From Lepidodermella squamata (Eukaryota; Animalia; Gastrotricha): a stretch of 64,000 nucleotides of DNA. The stretch covers positions 1,302,001-1,366,000 of the forward strand of contig JBLDXI010000055.1 of NCBI GenBank assembly GCA_047495785.1, read 5' to 3'. A program made the translations under genes and the position numbers. Below are positions 1 to 13,036 of this stretch, piece by piece (the first letter of the stretch is position 1; each line of letters begins with the position of its first letter). Below the pieces are notes generated by a model. It did no database searches. It had not been told where the DNA came from and saw only the letters and a program-made list of their open reading frames with translations.

Positions 1-484
1 TATAAAATTGCTACTGGACTAGCGTTGGTCGCGATGTTTTTCGGAACTTGCGCTTCACTCATTTTAGCTTACATGTATTACGTCAATCAATGTAATATTC
101 TTGTTAGTAGCAATCAAACAGTATGGTTAACATTGGCTGATGGAACTTTGGTTTCAGCAAACGGAACTAAATGCTATTTGTTTTAGAATTTAAACTTAGT
201 TACACTGAGTGAGTGCTATGTGTACAGTCCTTGCAGGGATCTCTGAAGATCGACCCCAAAAAGGTATCCCAAGTCTTAGCTACACGCTACACGGAAGTGT
301 CAAATAAAGATGAACTGTTGCTTTAACTGCTTGATAGTATGTCGGCGTGGCATCGCGGAACCTTATAAGAACAGCGAACAGCATCCTGAATTTCATTAAG
401 TTTGATAAAGCTCAGCAAAATTTATTTGCATCAGCAAATCGAAGCAACATTTAATCATGACGCTGAAGAAGGAGGGATAATTAT

Positions 485-1768
<1,284 letters not shown>

Positions 1769-1886
1769 GATTTTGCAATATCAATGAAAGAAACGAATGA
1801 AAGAAGAGAAACATATTTTACTGGGTTATTGGGCTATTATATTGCACGCGCTATCTTCGCTGTCTTAAAAAGAGGGCATAATTTCT

Positions 1887-2016
1887 TTATCAGCAAAAGG
1901 AAATGATAGGCGATTGGCAACATTAGACCAAAATTCGGCGTTCAAAAAGTGAACTTGTAATTCCCAAGGATTTGGTTTGATGTTGCCAATCGCCTATCAT
2001 TTCCTTTTGCTGATAA
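1887..2016. repeat. 130-bp inverted repeat (MITE-like), ~46-bp arms
   Basis: TTATCAGCAAAAGGAAATGATAGGCGATTGGCAACAT.. at 1887 has its reverse complement ending at 2016; a degenerate partial copy lies near 2338-2360. Confidence 0.7.
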
Positions 2017-2835
2017 CAAATTTACGGATTACATTTCTGATAAGGAGGAACAAAATAAATGCGGCGAAAATTTCGCTGATCAGTGCAATGATTTTTGACA
2101 ATCGCCATTTTTGACCTACAAATGTCAGCACGGAGTCGACAAGCTTGAGTTGTTGCCACGGGAAACTACGGCAGATTGTTTCGCAATTGACAACGGAGCA
2201 CGGAGCACCTTAAAGAAGGACCGATGGCTACTGAACATAACCGGATATTGATCAGCAATCGTTCGAAAAAAGTTGTCCTCATTTACCAAACCATCCTCGA
2301 ATACAATAATTTAGCCTGTAAGACCTTTAGATTTCCCATCGCCTATATCCTTTTGCTGATGAAGAAATTTTGCGATTAAGATACCGATAAGGGGCGACAT
2401 GACAGATGGCAAATCAGCTAAAATTAGGCGCATATGTTCTAGCCTTCTACCGTATTTTAACGGTTTCACACGCACCTGCGGTTGTTGTGATGTCACTTCA
2501 TGACGTCATTTCAGCCAAAAAGTGATTCATGAAACGTATCCCGGAAGTTCAGGTTTTTGTTAATAGTTACCTGTCACGTTTCATGAATCAAGTTTTATTT
2601 CATGAAATGATCCCTCATCTAACGTACCGGCTCGGTCTATGCAAATCAAATTCAGTTTCAGCTTGAGCTAACTTTAAAGCTGAATTAATTATATCCCGTT
2701 GCTGAAAAAAATAGTGCGGACGTTGCGGTAACAAAAAGTATGGTATGGTATAAATACACAATTAAATATCCAAGCTTTTAATTTAGTTTTTTCTATTGAC
2801 TAAAATTATACATAACCGTTTCCCGAGAAAAACGC

Positions 2836-3216
2836 ATGAAATCAGAACCAACACATTTACCAGCAATCAATGCGCATCAACTGACGTTGCTGCCGAATGT
2901 TTACAACTTGTTTCGAACGATTGATGATCAATATCCGGTTATGGCTTCAGTAGCCATCGATCCTTCTTTTGGGTGCTCTGTTGTCACTTGCGAAACAGTC
3001 TACCGTATTTTCCCGGATCCGGAACTCACGCTTGTCGAATCCGTGCTGGCACATAATGGCGAACAACTTATGGGCCCTATCAATATCTATTTGTTTATTA
3101 ATGGCAACTTTCAGCCGGTTCCATTATTTGTAGGTGGACCTAACCACCCGCATCATGCTGATGTTACGTTGTGCAGTTTCGACGCTAGTCGTTTCGATCT
3201 ATTCGATCGCTCATAA
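2836..3216 (+). CDS. Stand-alone degenerate retropepsin-like domain protein, similar to the C-terminal domains of the neighbouring SH3-SH2 genes
   Basis: Intronless 126-aa ORF with pattern VAIDPS..SVV..MGPINIYLFING..VPLFV..DVTL, resembling the retropepsin strand order (hydrophobic-D[ST]G-like motif, G-x-hydrophobic strand, D-x-x-L). Confidence 0.45.
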   Translation: MKSEPTHLPAINAHQLTLLPNVYNLFRTIDDQYPVMASVAIDPSFGCSVVTCETVYRIFPDPELTLVESVLAHNGEQLMGPINIYLFINGNFQPVPLFVGGPNHPHHADVTLCSFDASRFDLFDRS

Positions 3217-4066
3217 AATAATTTTTATTCGGTTATTTTAACCAAATCGGTGAATTTATGGGCGCAATGCGCCACAAAAACTAATTTCCTCATGCCTCTG
3301 CACTCGATTTTATTGAATTCTAGAATGAAAGACACCGTTATTTTGCAGCTGGCCTGCAAATATGAAATTTTACCGCAAATACCGAATGACTGTCTTCTAT
3401 TTATTAATTAGAATGATTGAATTACCTATTTAATTATTAATAATAATAAAGATTGAACGCCCTAAAATCTTTTGCTGCTTATTCCGGTCAGGCTATTTCG
3501 GGCCAGCTTTTTTTTCATAATTGAAAAGGCCTGAAAACAACAGAAAAAAACCATAGGTCAACCTGTCGATACTATGTGGGAAAGACGAATTGCTCCTGAT
3601 CTCACGGATTAGCATCACAAGAAACTTGGCTTCTACCTGATAAGCAATTATTATTTGGAACTAACTTACATAACTTACGGTCTTGCCTTACATTAGGTGT
3701 AGCGTAATTCGGTAAATACGGTAGGTGAAATTTTAACTGAATGAACTTTGCAGCTTGCTAGATACCTATATGCTATTAAATTCGTGGGTAAATCAATTTT
3801 GGTGCTATTAGAAGGTTTTTCCAAAAATAAATTGTACAATTAATTCCTTTTTGATCTCTGCAAACCCAAAGTTTCACGAAACTTTAACTAAAAACACAAT
3901 CATGGCATTGAAAGCAGCTTCAATATCAATATCAATATCAAGGTTTCAACTTCAGCATCAATGACAAATTAAAACTATGTAGCGGTGAGATACTTCCGCT
4001 CCAAGTTCACGGAATTACGAATTATATGCGTTACACTCGCTTTGACGGCTCATTATTAACTAAATA

Positions 4067-4864
4067 ATGGAAGCTGATGGGTTGTCACCACACAACGGAG
4101 TGCAATTGCTGTCATTTCAGTTAGGCAGTGTTGTGAAAGTCATTCGGTTTCTAAGCTCGACACAATGCCGAGCTGAGATCGATGGCAAAGAGGGCCTAGT
4201 TCTCAGATCTTGTATTCGACTGCGGCCATGTGGTTGGTTCGGCGGCAGCTTGACTCTTCAGCAGGCTAGATCGCTATTACTGCGACAAAACTTAGCAGGC
4301 AGCTTCGCTTTCGAGGACGGAATGTTCATCGTTCATTATTCACGTCAATTTCAAGGATTCGCTCTGAGCATCAAATGCCGCAATGTCGTTCAACACTTGT
4401 TGATACATCGCAGCGGCTGCTCTTACTACATCTGGCCAAACTATCCATTCAGCTCAGTTAATAAACTGGTCGAATTTTACAAGGCAAGACCCATGCGATG
4501 CCCTACCTCCGCATTAGTCAAGCTAAGGGGTGGCATTTCGTCAGATTTTGTGGTTGTCACTATCCAGGCTAATAATGATGGTAGCAATCATTGCATCGCC
4601 TCGGTCGACAGAAGGCAAGACGCTATTCCTATTGTTAAATTATCAATTCTTCAAGAAAGCGGTGTATTGCTTCCTGTTAAACTTGAATCGAACAAGGCGT
4701 GGAGTTTCGAAGGTCGGAAATACCACGTCTACGGCCCTATAGCGGTTACTCTCCAAACGGCCGATTTGCGCAAAATATCTGGAAATTTCAGCGTTGCTAC
4801 TTCGGACAATTTACCCGACATGATCTTGACAGAAGATTTACTTGCACAAGCATATTTTCAATAA
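4067..4864 (+). CDS. GRB2/Drk-derived SH3-SH2 protein with a retropepsin-like C-terminal domain (SH2 Arg lost)
   Basis: MEA..LSFQLGSVVKV..AEIDGKEGLV..IRLRPCGWFGG matches the GRB2 N-SH3/SH2 junction. SH2 elements GMFIVHYS, FALSIK, VQHL, YYIW..FSSVNKLVEFY. Intronless; AATAAA at the stop. Confidence 0.8.
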   Translation: MEADGLSPHNGVQLLSFQLGSVVKVIRFLSSTQCRAEIDGKEGLVLRSCIRLRPCGWFGGSLTLQQARSLLLRQNLAGSFAFEDGMFIVHYSRQFQGFALSIKCRNVVQHLLIHRSGCSYYIWPNYPFSSVNKLVEFYKARPMRCPTSALVKLRGGISSDFVVVTIQANNDGSNHCIASVDRRQDAIPIVKLSILQESGVLLPVKLESNKAWSFEGRKYHVYGPIAVTLQTADLRKISGNFSVATSDNLPDMILTEDLLAQAYFQ

Positions 4865-6270
4865 AATATCTAGCTCTAGCGAGCAATAATGTTCGTGGAA
4901 TCTGATTCATTCCTACTAGGTACCTGCGCTCCGAAATTTTTAACTATTGCAGCGAGTAAACACGCCGTCCCCCTCTATAAATTGATACTATTTATGATAA
5001 TATGATACTATGAATCAGTTACACTGATCCTATCAGCACCCGTGCGAACTTAACGGGATTATCGGTGCAAAATAATGTTGGCTTTAAGCATCCGCGAGAT
5101 AATGATTCATACAGGGCGTCAATTTTACAGTGGCAATAATCTTACTTAGCAATTAAATATCGTTCAAACTAAGTACGTTTCTATATGGAGTACTGCGCAT
5201 ATCATCATTTGATATCCTGTTAGTGCTGCTATTTTAATTTTCTGGGTAAAATAATGGCTTATGCCTTACTATAAGCGTTTGCACTTTTAAGCAAATTTTA
5301 TGAATGGTGCAAATATTTTTCGTTTCAAATCCGATGTAACCGTTACTGCTAATTAGCATCGATAAGTAACCATTAATTAATGGCCGCAATTTCCAGATAA
5401 TAAGTGTAGAGCTAAAATGGAACGAAAAATGGAAGAATATGTGTAACCAAAAATTTTGTTTCAAAACATCAATCACAGTTTGCGAGCAAAGAAAGGCTGT
5501 TGGCAAACTTAGTTTTCATTTTCTGAAGGCGATCATAGCTTAAAAAAAGGCTGAACCACTTCCCAATACCAGCTTAAATATTGTTCTTTGCACTGTAACC
5601 TTGAACGTAAACGGTTCTCCTACTTAAAAATTTAATTAAGTCACCCCGTATAGTCGCTATGCTATCTTTCTTGGCTTTGGGTTTTGTCGCAAAGCCTTAA
5701 GTGATTAAAATCCAGATCCGGAAAATGTATTCCTTAATATTCACTTGTTCGAGTGTAGATGATAACTTTACTTAGGCCCAAAATATATCCCCTCATTTGT
5801 TGTAGCCGCCCTAATGTTGAACACCGAACGTAGCTGAATTGAATATTTCGTACGCACGCGTGAAAATGACCTGTTAAGAAAATTCATGAGCTTATTATTT
5901 GAAAATCCTGAAATTTATCGAGTTCTTCGTCCTCCTCAACTCCTCCAATCTCTTTTTAACAATGAGTGAATCATCTAATGACCAGATAGTGCGACGCATC
6001 GCTGTTTAATTGCTATTTCAGATTACCTAGAGAATGCAAAAACTACTCGCAAATGTGGGTCAGCTGCAGAAAAGAATGATATGCGCAGTACGCAGTATAA
6101 TTTCCATTGCCACTGTAAAAAAGACACCCTGTATTACATGGACCTACAAAAGGTGCAAGTAACTGATAAAGTCCTTCTTCATTTCTATGCTGTGTCCTCT
6201 TTAAGTTTGTAGCTGAATTAAAGCTTGTGTGTTTGATTTTTGTCGACAAGAACAACATCCTCAACAAGAT

Positions 6271-6508
6271 ATGAATAAACCCGCGATTTGGGTTTTCATT
6301 GCCTTAACCCTGCTCGCGGAATTGACTACATCCGTCCAAGGTGGGCCTGGATTGTATGGAGTTTGTCAAGCAGGATGCGCTGCTGTTGTTGTACGCAACT
6401 TTTGGAACAGTCATTGCCGCTGCTGCTGCTCCACTTGCAATTCCCGCAGCTTTTGGCGCTTGCAGTGCCAAATGCGCTGCCGTTACATTATTCCTCCCAA
6501 CACCGTAA
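6271..6508 (+). pseudogene. Frameshifted small secreted Cys-rich protein (GP.YG.CQAGCAAVVV...FG.CSAKCA..PTP type)
   Basis: Signal peptide plus GPGLYGVCQAGCAAVVV in one frame, then ATFGTVIAAAAAPLAIPAAFGACSAKCAAVTLFLPTP* in another frame after ~6394. The usual ACY.AAG segment is missing. Confidence 0.65.
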
Positions 6509-7161
6509 TTTTTTCGCTATGATCTATTATAGCGATGACGAGAGACTATTGTTGACATTTATGAGAGCACCATTTTTCCAGTATGCCCATTTGACAAAAA
6601 TAAAGCTTATTTTTTATTTCATTGGATGTTTATTCCATCACCAAATTTATATTAGGTAGCGGCTTGCGGCTTCTGTGATCTGTGATTTTTTTGGTTATGC
6701 GGAGAAACATGTGGTGAGTGAGTGAAATTCAAATTTTACCTCATAAATCCCTTTTTAGATCTAAGAAAGTTTCTCCAATAACTGTAGGCTAATTTGGGTT
6801 ATGATGCAAAGATTAATTATAGCGGTTTTGAATGCCTTCGAGGGATTCTTTCATTATTCCTATGTCTATTTTATAGTTTGCGATATCCCATCGACAGGGG
6901 AGCAATTTATAAGCTCTTGAGTATGAATTGACGCTAAAATGAGGATGTAATTGACTGCAAAACTATTGAATGAAATTGCGTGTCGCCTGATAGGTATATA
7001 ATTAGTATCCAACTCAAGGTACAGGCGAACCTTGACAGAGCATGTTCTGCGTCATATCTGGTGTGTGACTAAGACGAACTCATAACTGAATGTCAGGATG
7101 GAAGTGCGTTCGTGAAAACTACAATACTTCAAAGATATAGCATTGCCTCAATATATTTTCC

Positions 7162-7983
7162 ATGGAGGCTAGAGCTAATCGCGACTATGTTTCGAAGCGC
7201 ATGGATGAGCACAGTTTCATCCGTGGCGCCGTGTTGAAAATTCTCGAATTTCAGGAGAACAATTACTGCGTAGCCGAGTTCTGCGGCAGAAGTGCAGCCG
7301 TCGATGTCGACCACCTGGATTTATCCGGAGACGAATGGTTTGCCGGCAACTTTTCAGTTGAGGAGACAACGAAATTCTTGCTTCGAAAAAGCCCAGCAAA
7401 TAATCAATCACTGTATCCAGATGGGGCTTTTATGATTCGCTACTCAACATCGCATTCAAGCCACCACGGCTTTTTCAGCATATCTATCAAAGTTGGAGCC
7501 ATTGTCGTTCACGCCCGTATCACTCTTCGGGGTGGTAACTATGTACTCGAAAACCGCAGCGAATGTTTCAGATCGTTGAACGATGTTGTAGCGCATTACC
7601 GTGTAAATCCTATTCCCGACTTGGTGGAACGCATCTGCCTGAAAGATGTTGCTGGAAACGGGGCAAAGTATCGCTTCATGCGATTAGAGGGCCACCCTGT
7701 TGTTGCTGTCATAGATTCGACGCCGAACGGCCGACCAGTTGTAAATGAGCGCCTGTTAAAGCAACTCAAAATTTTCTATCGAAACGACGATCCGAAGGTG
7801 GAGATTCATAAGGGTGTGCCATTGCTGGTTGGTGGTCGACTGAAGCTAACAGTGCAGAGTGCCTTTCTGAAAGAGTACCTGCCAGGCGAGACGTACCCGT
7901 ACCACTGGCAATCAGTCGACTTTGAAGTAGCTGCTGCTGTCTACTCGATGGACCTTGTTGTACCGCCCGGCATGTTTCCTTGA
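7162..7983 (+). CDS. GRB2/Drk-derived SH3-SH2 protein with a retropepsin-like C-terminal domain
   Basis: MEARANRDYVSKRMDEHSFIRGAVLKIL parallels GRB2 MEAIAKYDF..DELSFKRGDILKVL. SH2 WFAG, GAFMIRYS, FSISIK, FRSLNDVVAHY. C-terminal LEGHPVVAVIDST..GRLKLTV..VDFEV..DLVV. Intronless; AATAAA at the stop. Confidence 0.85.
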   Translation: MEARANRDYVSKRMDEHSFIRGAVLKILEFQENNYCVAEFCGRSAAVDVDHLDLSGDEWFAGNFSVEETTKFLLRKSPANNQSLYPDGAFMIRYSTSHSSHHGFFSISIKVGAIVVHARITLRGGNYVLENRSECFRSLNDVVAHYRVNPIPDLVERICLKDVAGNGAKYRFMRLEGHPVVAVIDSTPNGRPVVNERLLKQLKIFYRNDDPKVEIHKGVPLLVGGRLKLTVQSAFLKEYLPGETYPYHWQSVDFEVAAAVYSMDLVVPPGMFP

Positions 7984-8385
7984 ATAAAAAGTCGAATTCC
8001 TAACCACCCGGTGATTGCAAACACGTTAAGAATTTTAAAATTTGTAAAAGTGATTCTTGTCATTTCATTGTATCCATGTGCTTTTTATCGCTTTGGTAGC
8101 CATGAAAAATAAAATAGGTGACAGGTGACTGTAATATTACGGCTAATTTTACTGTGAAAGGATACTCATTCACAGCTCAACTATATGCTGGTAAATCCAA
8201 AAACGTCCGAATATAATCATTACTAGGCTCGACTTCATCTAGCATTGGGGCATAGAGTTGCACTTGAGCGTAAAATCATAACAAAATAGAGCAAGCTCTT
8301 TGTCTACGCATCCGTTAACTTTAAAGTTCTCTCGTGGATTTGCATGAGTAATTGTTTTTTGTTCCAGTACCAGGAGAGTTGCAAC

Positions 8386-10946
8386 ATGAGAGGTAAAGTG
8401 ACATTTTTCAAGTAAAGATCTCTACAACCTCTCCAGTGATTTTAGACGGCGGTAATCAATCAGCAGCATGCGTATTCAGCGGGTGCCACAATTTTTACTA
8501 CACTTCACGTGGGCTTGTTCCCTTCACGATCAGCTGCTTACTGTTCCTCCAAGATTTACCTAGTCAGGACGCATCGAACTCATCAAATCTTTATCGGCTT
8601 TATTTGGACAATTATCAGCTTATGCCTGATGCTACTTTTTTAAGAGTGAATAGCGCCGATTCGCCAGATATCGACTTCACATCCACGGGATCTGTCTACA
8701 AAGATGAGGTGTTCCAATCGGTGATTCACCTTAACGTTACCTTCAAAACTGGCGTAACACCTCGCAATTTCATTCCGTACACCTTGGCGGCGTATTGCCA
8801 GACAAGCTGGCAGTTCCACAATTTTACCTTGATAGAGGAAGGCAAGCTCCTCGTCTAATGTCTCAGCCTCAATTAATCATCTTCTTCATTTTGATAGTTG
8901 CTGGGCAGGATGTGTTCTCAGCCACTGATTACGGAATTTTCGTATCATTTCTGGTTGTTAGCTGTGCAGTTGGTGTTGGAGTGACGCTCTGGCGCCGCTT
9001 TAGATTCTGCAGGCAAACTGAGGATGTGGTGAATCAATCGTCAGCAGTCGACGAATATTTGCTAGCGAGTAGGCAAATGGGCTGTGCTCCTCTGTCCATG
9101 GTAAGCATGGATATCTTTCGATCCAAAAAATTTCGATTTTTTTATGACAGTCGCTGCTGGCTGGAATGATGTCAGCGATTTCCTTACTCGGCACTCCAAG
9201 CGAAGTCTACGTCTTTGGGACACAGTATTTTGCGATCAGTGTCGGAAATTGCATAATTCTACCGATCTGCATTCACTTCATTATGCCGATTTTCTACAAA
9301 CTCAAAGTCACCAGCATTTTCGAGTATATCGAGCTGAGATTTAGTCGAAAATTACGCCGGTTGACCGTAGCTATTTACGTCATCCATGTCAGCTTGTACA
9401 TGGCAATGGTCATTTATACTCCGGTTAGATAAAATCGATCATAAACCGAGATGAATTTCAGACATTTTCTATTAATTTTTACAGGCAATCGCGTTGGAAG
9501 CTGTAGGCGGTTTTAATTTGTGGATTTCAATCGCGGTGACAACAACCGTTTGCATCGCCTATACGGCATTTGGAGGAATGAGGTCTGTCGTCTGGACAGA
9601 TGTTCTTCAACTTGTGCTAATGCTCGCCGGTATGATTGCAGTCCTTATCATAGGTTCAACGCGTGAAGGCGGGTTGTTCGATCGCGCTTGGCTTGCGGCA
9701 AAGCGTGGCAAGCGGATAGAATTTTTCAATATGGATCCTAACCCCCTCATTCGCCATACGTTTTGGACCCTCTCAATCGGCGGCATGTTCACAGCCGGCT
9801 TCAACTATGCAGCTAACCAGGTTCAGCTGCAACGAGCATTGGCTACGCGATCTCTTCGGCAAGCTCAAATAGCTTACTGGCTCAATGTTTTCGGCCTGGC
9901 AACCTTTGTCGTCCTCCCTGGTCTTTGCGGGATACTCGCCTATGCTAGATACGAATTTTGCGACCCGATTAAATCCGGAAAAATTTCGAAACGTGACCAA
10001 ATCATTCCATACTATATTCTTCATGTTTTATCGGAGGATTTTCCCGGTTTTCCCGGGATCTTCATGGCAGCTCTGTTCAGCGGTGGATTGAGCACAATTT
10101 CATCGATTCTGAATGGATTGACAGCTGTAACTATGGGCGATGTTCTACAACTGCCATTTATTAAAAGACGGCATATATCCGATTCAACAAAGGGAAATCT
10201 GTCGAGATTGGTCACTGTCTTCTACGGAATCCTAGGCCTGTTGCTGGTACTTATAATAAAAACCCTACCTGGAATGCTTGAAGCTACAATAACTCTGCTA
10301 ACAACGCTAGGTAAAGAAAATTGATGGCGAGAATTTTTTTCAATTTTATTTGTTAGGTGCGCCAATATTTGGAGTGTTTCTTGTCGGCATTTTCCTCCCA
10401 ATAATCAAATGGCAACCGGTTCTAATTGGCTTAGTGGTAGCACTCGGGTTGAATTGCTGGATAGCAGCTGGGAATATTGTTACCAAGCCGCGAAACTTTC
10501 CAACGCTTCAATTTTCGACCGAGGCTTGCCAGCATATAAACGAAACCCTGCGGATGAAATACGAACCGCAGCCGATTTATTTCGATCGAATGTGAGTTCA
10601 AGCTAGTCCAAATGCCAAAGAAAAATGTGTTTGCTTTTCTAGGAGTGTATTGGAACGTATTTACAGCCTGAGCTATATGCACCTGGCATTTCTCGGCGTT
10701 TTCACTGTGGTCGCTATTTCCTTGGTAATGACGCCAATTTGGGGCCTGGAAAACCCGCACAAGCAGCCCAAAACAGGCGTCAGTAGTGCGTTATCACTGC
10801 GAATTTTCAAAAAGTTACCCCTCGATTACGATAATCTTTCGAGAGGTGTCTGGAAACGCAGTAGCCCAGAGACAGTTGTTGAGGAAAAATCAAAACATGC
10901 ATATGAAAATGCTCAAGGTTCTGTAATATCTAGTACCGCTTTATAA
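8386..10946 (+). CDS. SLC5 sodium:solute symporter (SMVT/SMCT-like) with an extra N-terminal ~150-aa domain
   Basis: DYGIF, EYLLASRQMG, SAISLLGTPSEVYVFG, SIFEYIELRFS, YTAFGGMRSVVWTD, NQVQLQR, DQIIPY, PGIFMAALFSGGLSTISS, GAPIFGVF. Multi-exon; the true 5' end may lie further upstream. Confidence 0.9.
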
Positions 10947-11361
10947 AATAAAATAAAATAATGCTTTGATGATGACTCATTCAAGTTGGACTTTTATTAT
11001 TCTCAACCTCTTTTTCATATCACTTTTTGTCGCAATATCTCACAACAACAGTTTACGCCTCATTGAATTACGATGTTTGGATTTTCGGAAATTTCTGCAA
11101 ATGCTCGGCATCAGTCATCGCCTTTAAGCGCTCTGGCAAAAAAAACGCGATTTGAACAATCAAATGAATTTTATATCTATTATTTATATCTATAAGTGGC
11201 GTGAAAAAAGTATCTGATTTGTTGTTGTTGTTGTTGAGAAAGAAACAATCAGACTTGTAGCCGCGCTGCGTTGAAGTTGAAAGGTTGCGCGGTTGTTGTA
11301 TTCACATTTTAAGTTTGATGAAAGCCGTTGATTTGTTAAGTTGGTTCAAAGATGCTACGCC

Positions 11362-11673
11362 TTAGGCCGATGCATGCTTGCGGAGCCGTTCACTGAGACA
11401 CCTGTTGTAGCACGTCTTCTTCTGCGATGCCATGTTCCAACTGCACAGCGCCGAGCAGCCCGCGACAAAGTTGGACGTCTGGCGCCTGTTACGCTGCGAT
11501 GCCGATGAGTCGTCGATGCCGGTGAAAAAATCGCCGAACAAAGTTTGCGCTTTGCTTAGAAAACCATCCAATGACGAGTCGATCATCTGTTGCTCACCGA
11601 GTGGCGCTGCAACGGTCACGTGTTGCAGCATGACGAGAGAACTGAACAGAAGGCTGATGATGAGGAGTTGCAT
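11362..11673 (-). CDS. Secreted peptide precursor (signal peptide, acidic propeptide, RNRR site, CxxxC..CxxxC mature peptide)
   Basis: MQLLIISLLFSSLVMLQHVTVA signal; RNRR followed by QTSNFVAGCSALCSWNMASQKKTCYNRCLSERLRK; TATAAAAG on the minus strand at ~11808-11815. Confidence 0.7.
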   Translation of the reverse strand: MQLLIISLLFSSLVMLQHVTVAAPLGEQQMIDSSLDGFLSKAQTLFGDFFTGIDDSSASQRNRRQTSNFVAGCSALCSWNMASQKKTCYNRCLSERLRKHASA

Positions 11674-13036
11674 TTTTTTTTAGCAGAAAATATACTGGTT
11701 GCGATTATGTCGCAGGAGAAAAATAAAATCTGCGCTTGGATGGTAGTAAAGCTAAAACGCTTGCAACAGCAGCCGAAAAGTGAACGTAGCCGCAGACTAT
11801 CGGCCGCCTTTTATAGCTGGTAGGCCGGCGTTGGGCAAAGATCATTGAAATTCCGCGCGTACTCGCCATTTTAGGGCAACGTCGAGCACACCGTATTGCG
11901 GGACTCGAAATGCAAATTTTGCGCACACGGCCGTGATGATGATGCGCAGGAACCTTTCCCTATCGGATGCCATGTTTACGGCCGCAAGCTAATGTAGGGA
12001 GTGCACAAGCTGCGCCGCGTGTTCCTAATAACAATGATAGCGGTGAGCTCATAATCTCGTTTCTCATCATCATCTGCCTACCCACTCACGAACCGCAAAC
12101 GCAGCGGTTGGCGAACCATCCAGAAAAAAAACTGGATTATTTTTTCATGAAATCACGCGCTTCTTTTGGCGGCCGGCGACGTTGATATCACATGTCAGAT
12201 TTTCTGGTGTGGATTTGCATACCCCGTCGTGTGATCTTTCGCGCATCGCCAACTGCACACACCAGCAGCCACCGAAGTTTGACACCGCCATGGCGAACAT
12301 CCGCGATTAAATTTCAACTTTGCCCAGCCGGAAAAAAACTTCCATAATTTGGCAGCGCAGCTTGCCAATAAACTGGAATATACCGAGCGCTAGAGTATTC
12401 TTTCAGCAGTGACATTGCTGAGGTAAGATTATCGTCTGTTTTTCTTTTAGTTAGCGTCAATGATAGTTTGGCAGATGCCTGAAAATAATTTGATAATATT
12501 GCTCTGAAAATTCCGAGAATTCAAATTTCAGTTTCAGAGGTTCATGCGAATTTTTATTGGTCATTTGGGTAATAAAGTGGAGATTTTAAGGGTATCTAAG
12601 AAATTCCTTTTATCTAGAAAATTCTTTTTCATTTCTTCGCTGTGAACAGCGAACACCACACGAATTTCGCCCGACAAAAGTCACACGGCCGTGAGTTCTT
12701 TCATGGTTCATGGATAATGGGCATCGACAAGCATTCTACCTTTAGTCGAAAATGCGAAATTTTCAAACCAACAGCGACTGTGTTGCCTCACGACATTCTT
12801 TAGCTCTGAAATTATAAGGTGGCTGGCTAGCGCTCGGTCGGCAAAAAGCTACTGCTCGGTACAAGTTGGAATGCTCACGCTACAGACAAATCTGCTGGCT
12901 TAATTGCGGTTTTTTTCTATGATGACTTGATGACAAGTTGGCTTATAAATATGGTTAATGATCGAGTTTTTCCAGCATTCGTGACTTAGAAGCTTGAAAC
13001 TTTTCTGCAGCTTTTGAAGCTATCCAGCCTTACAAA

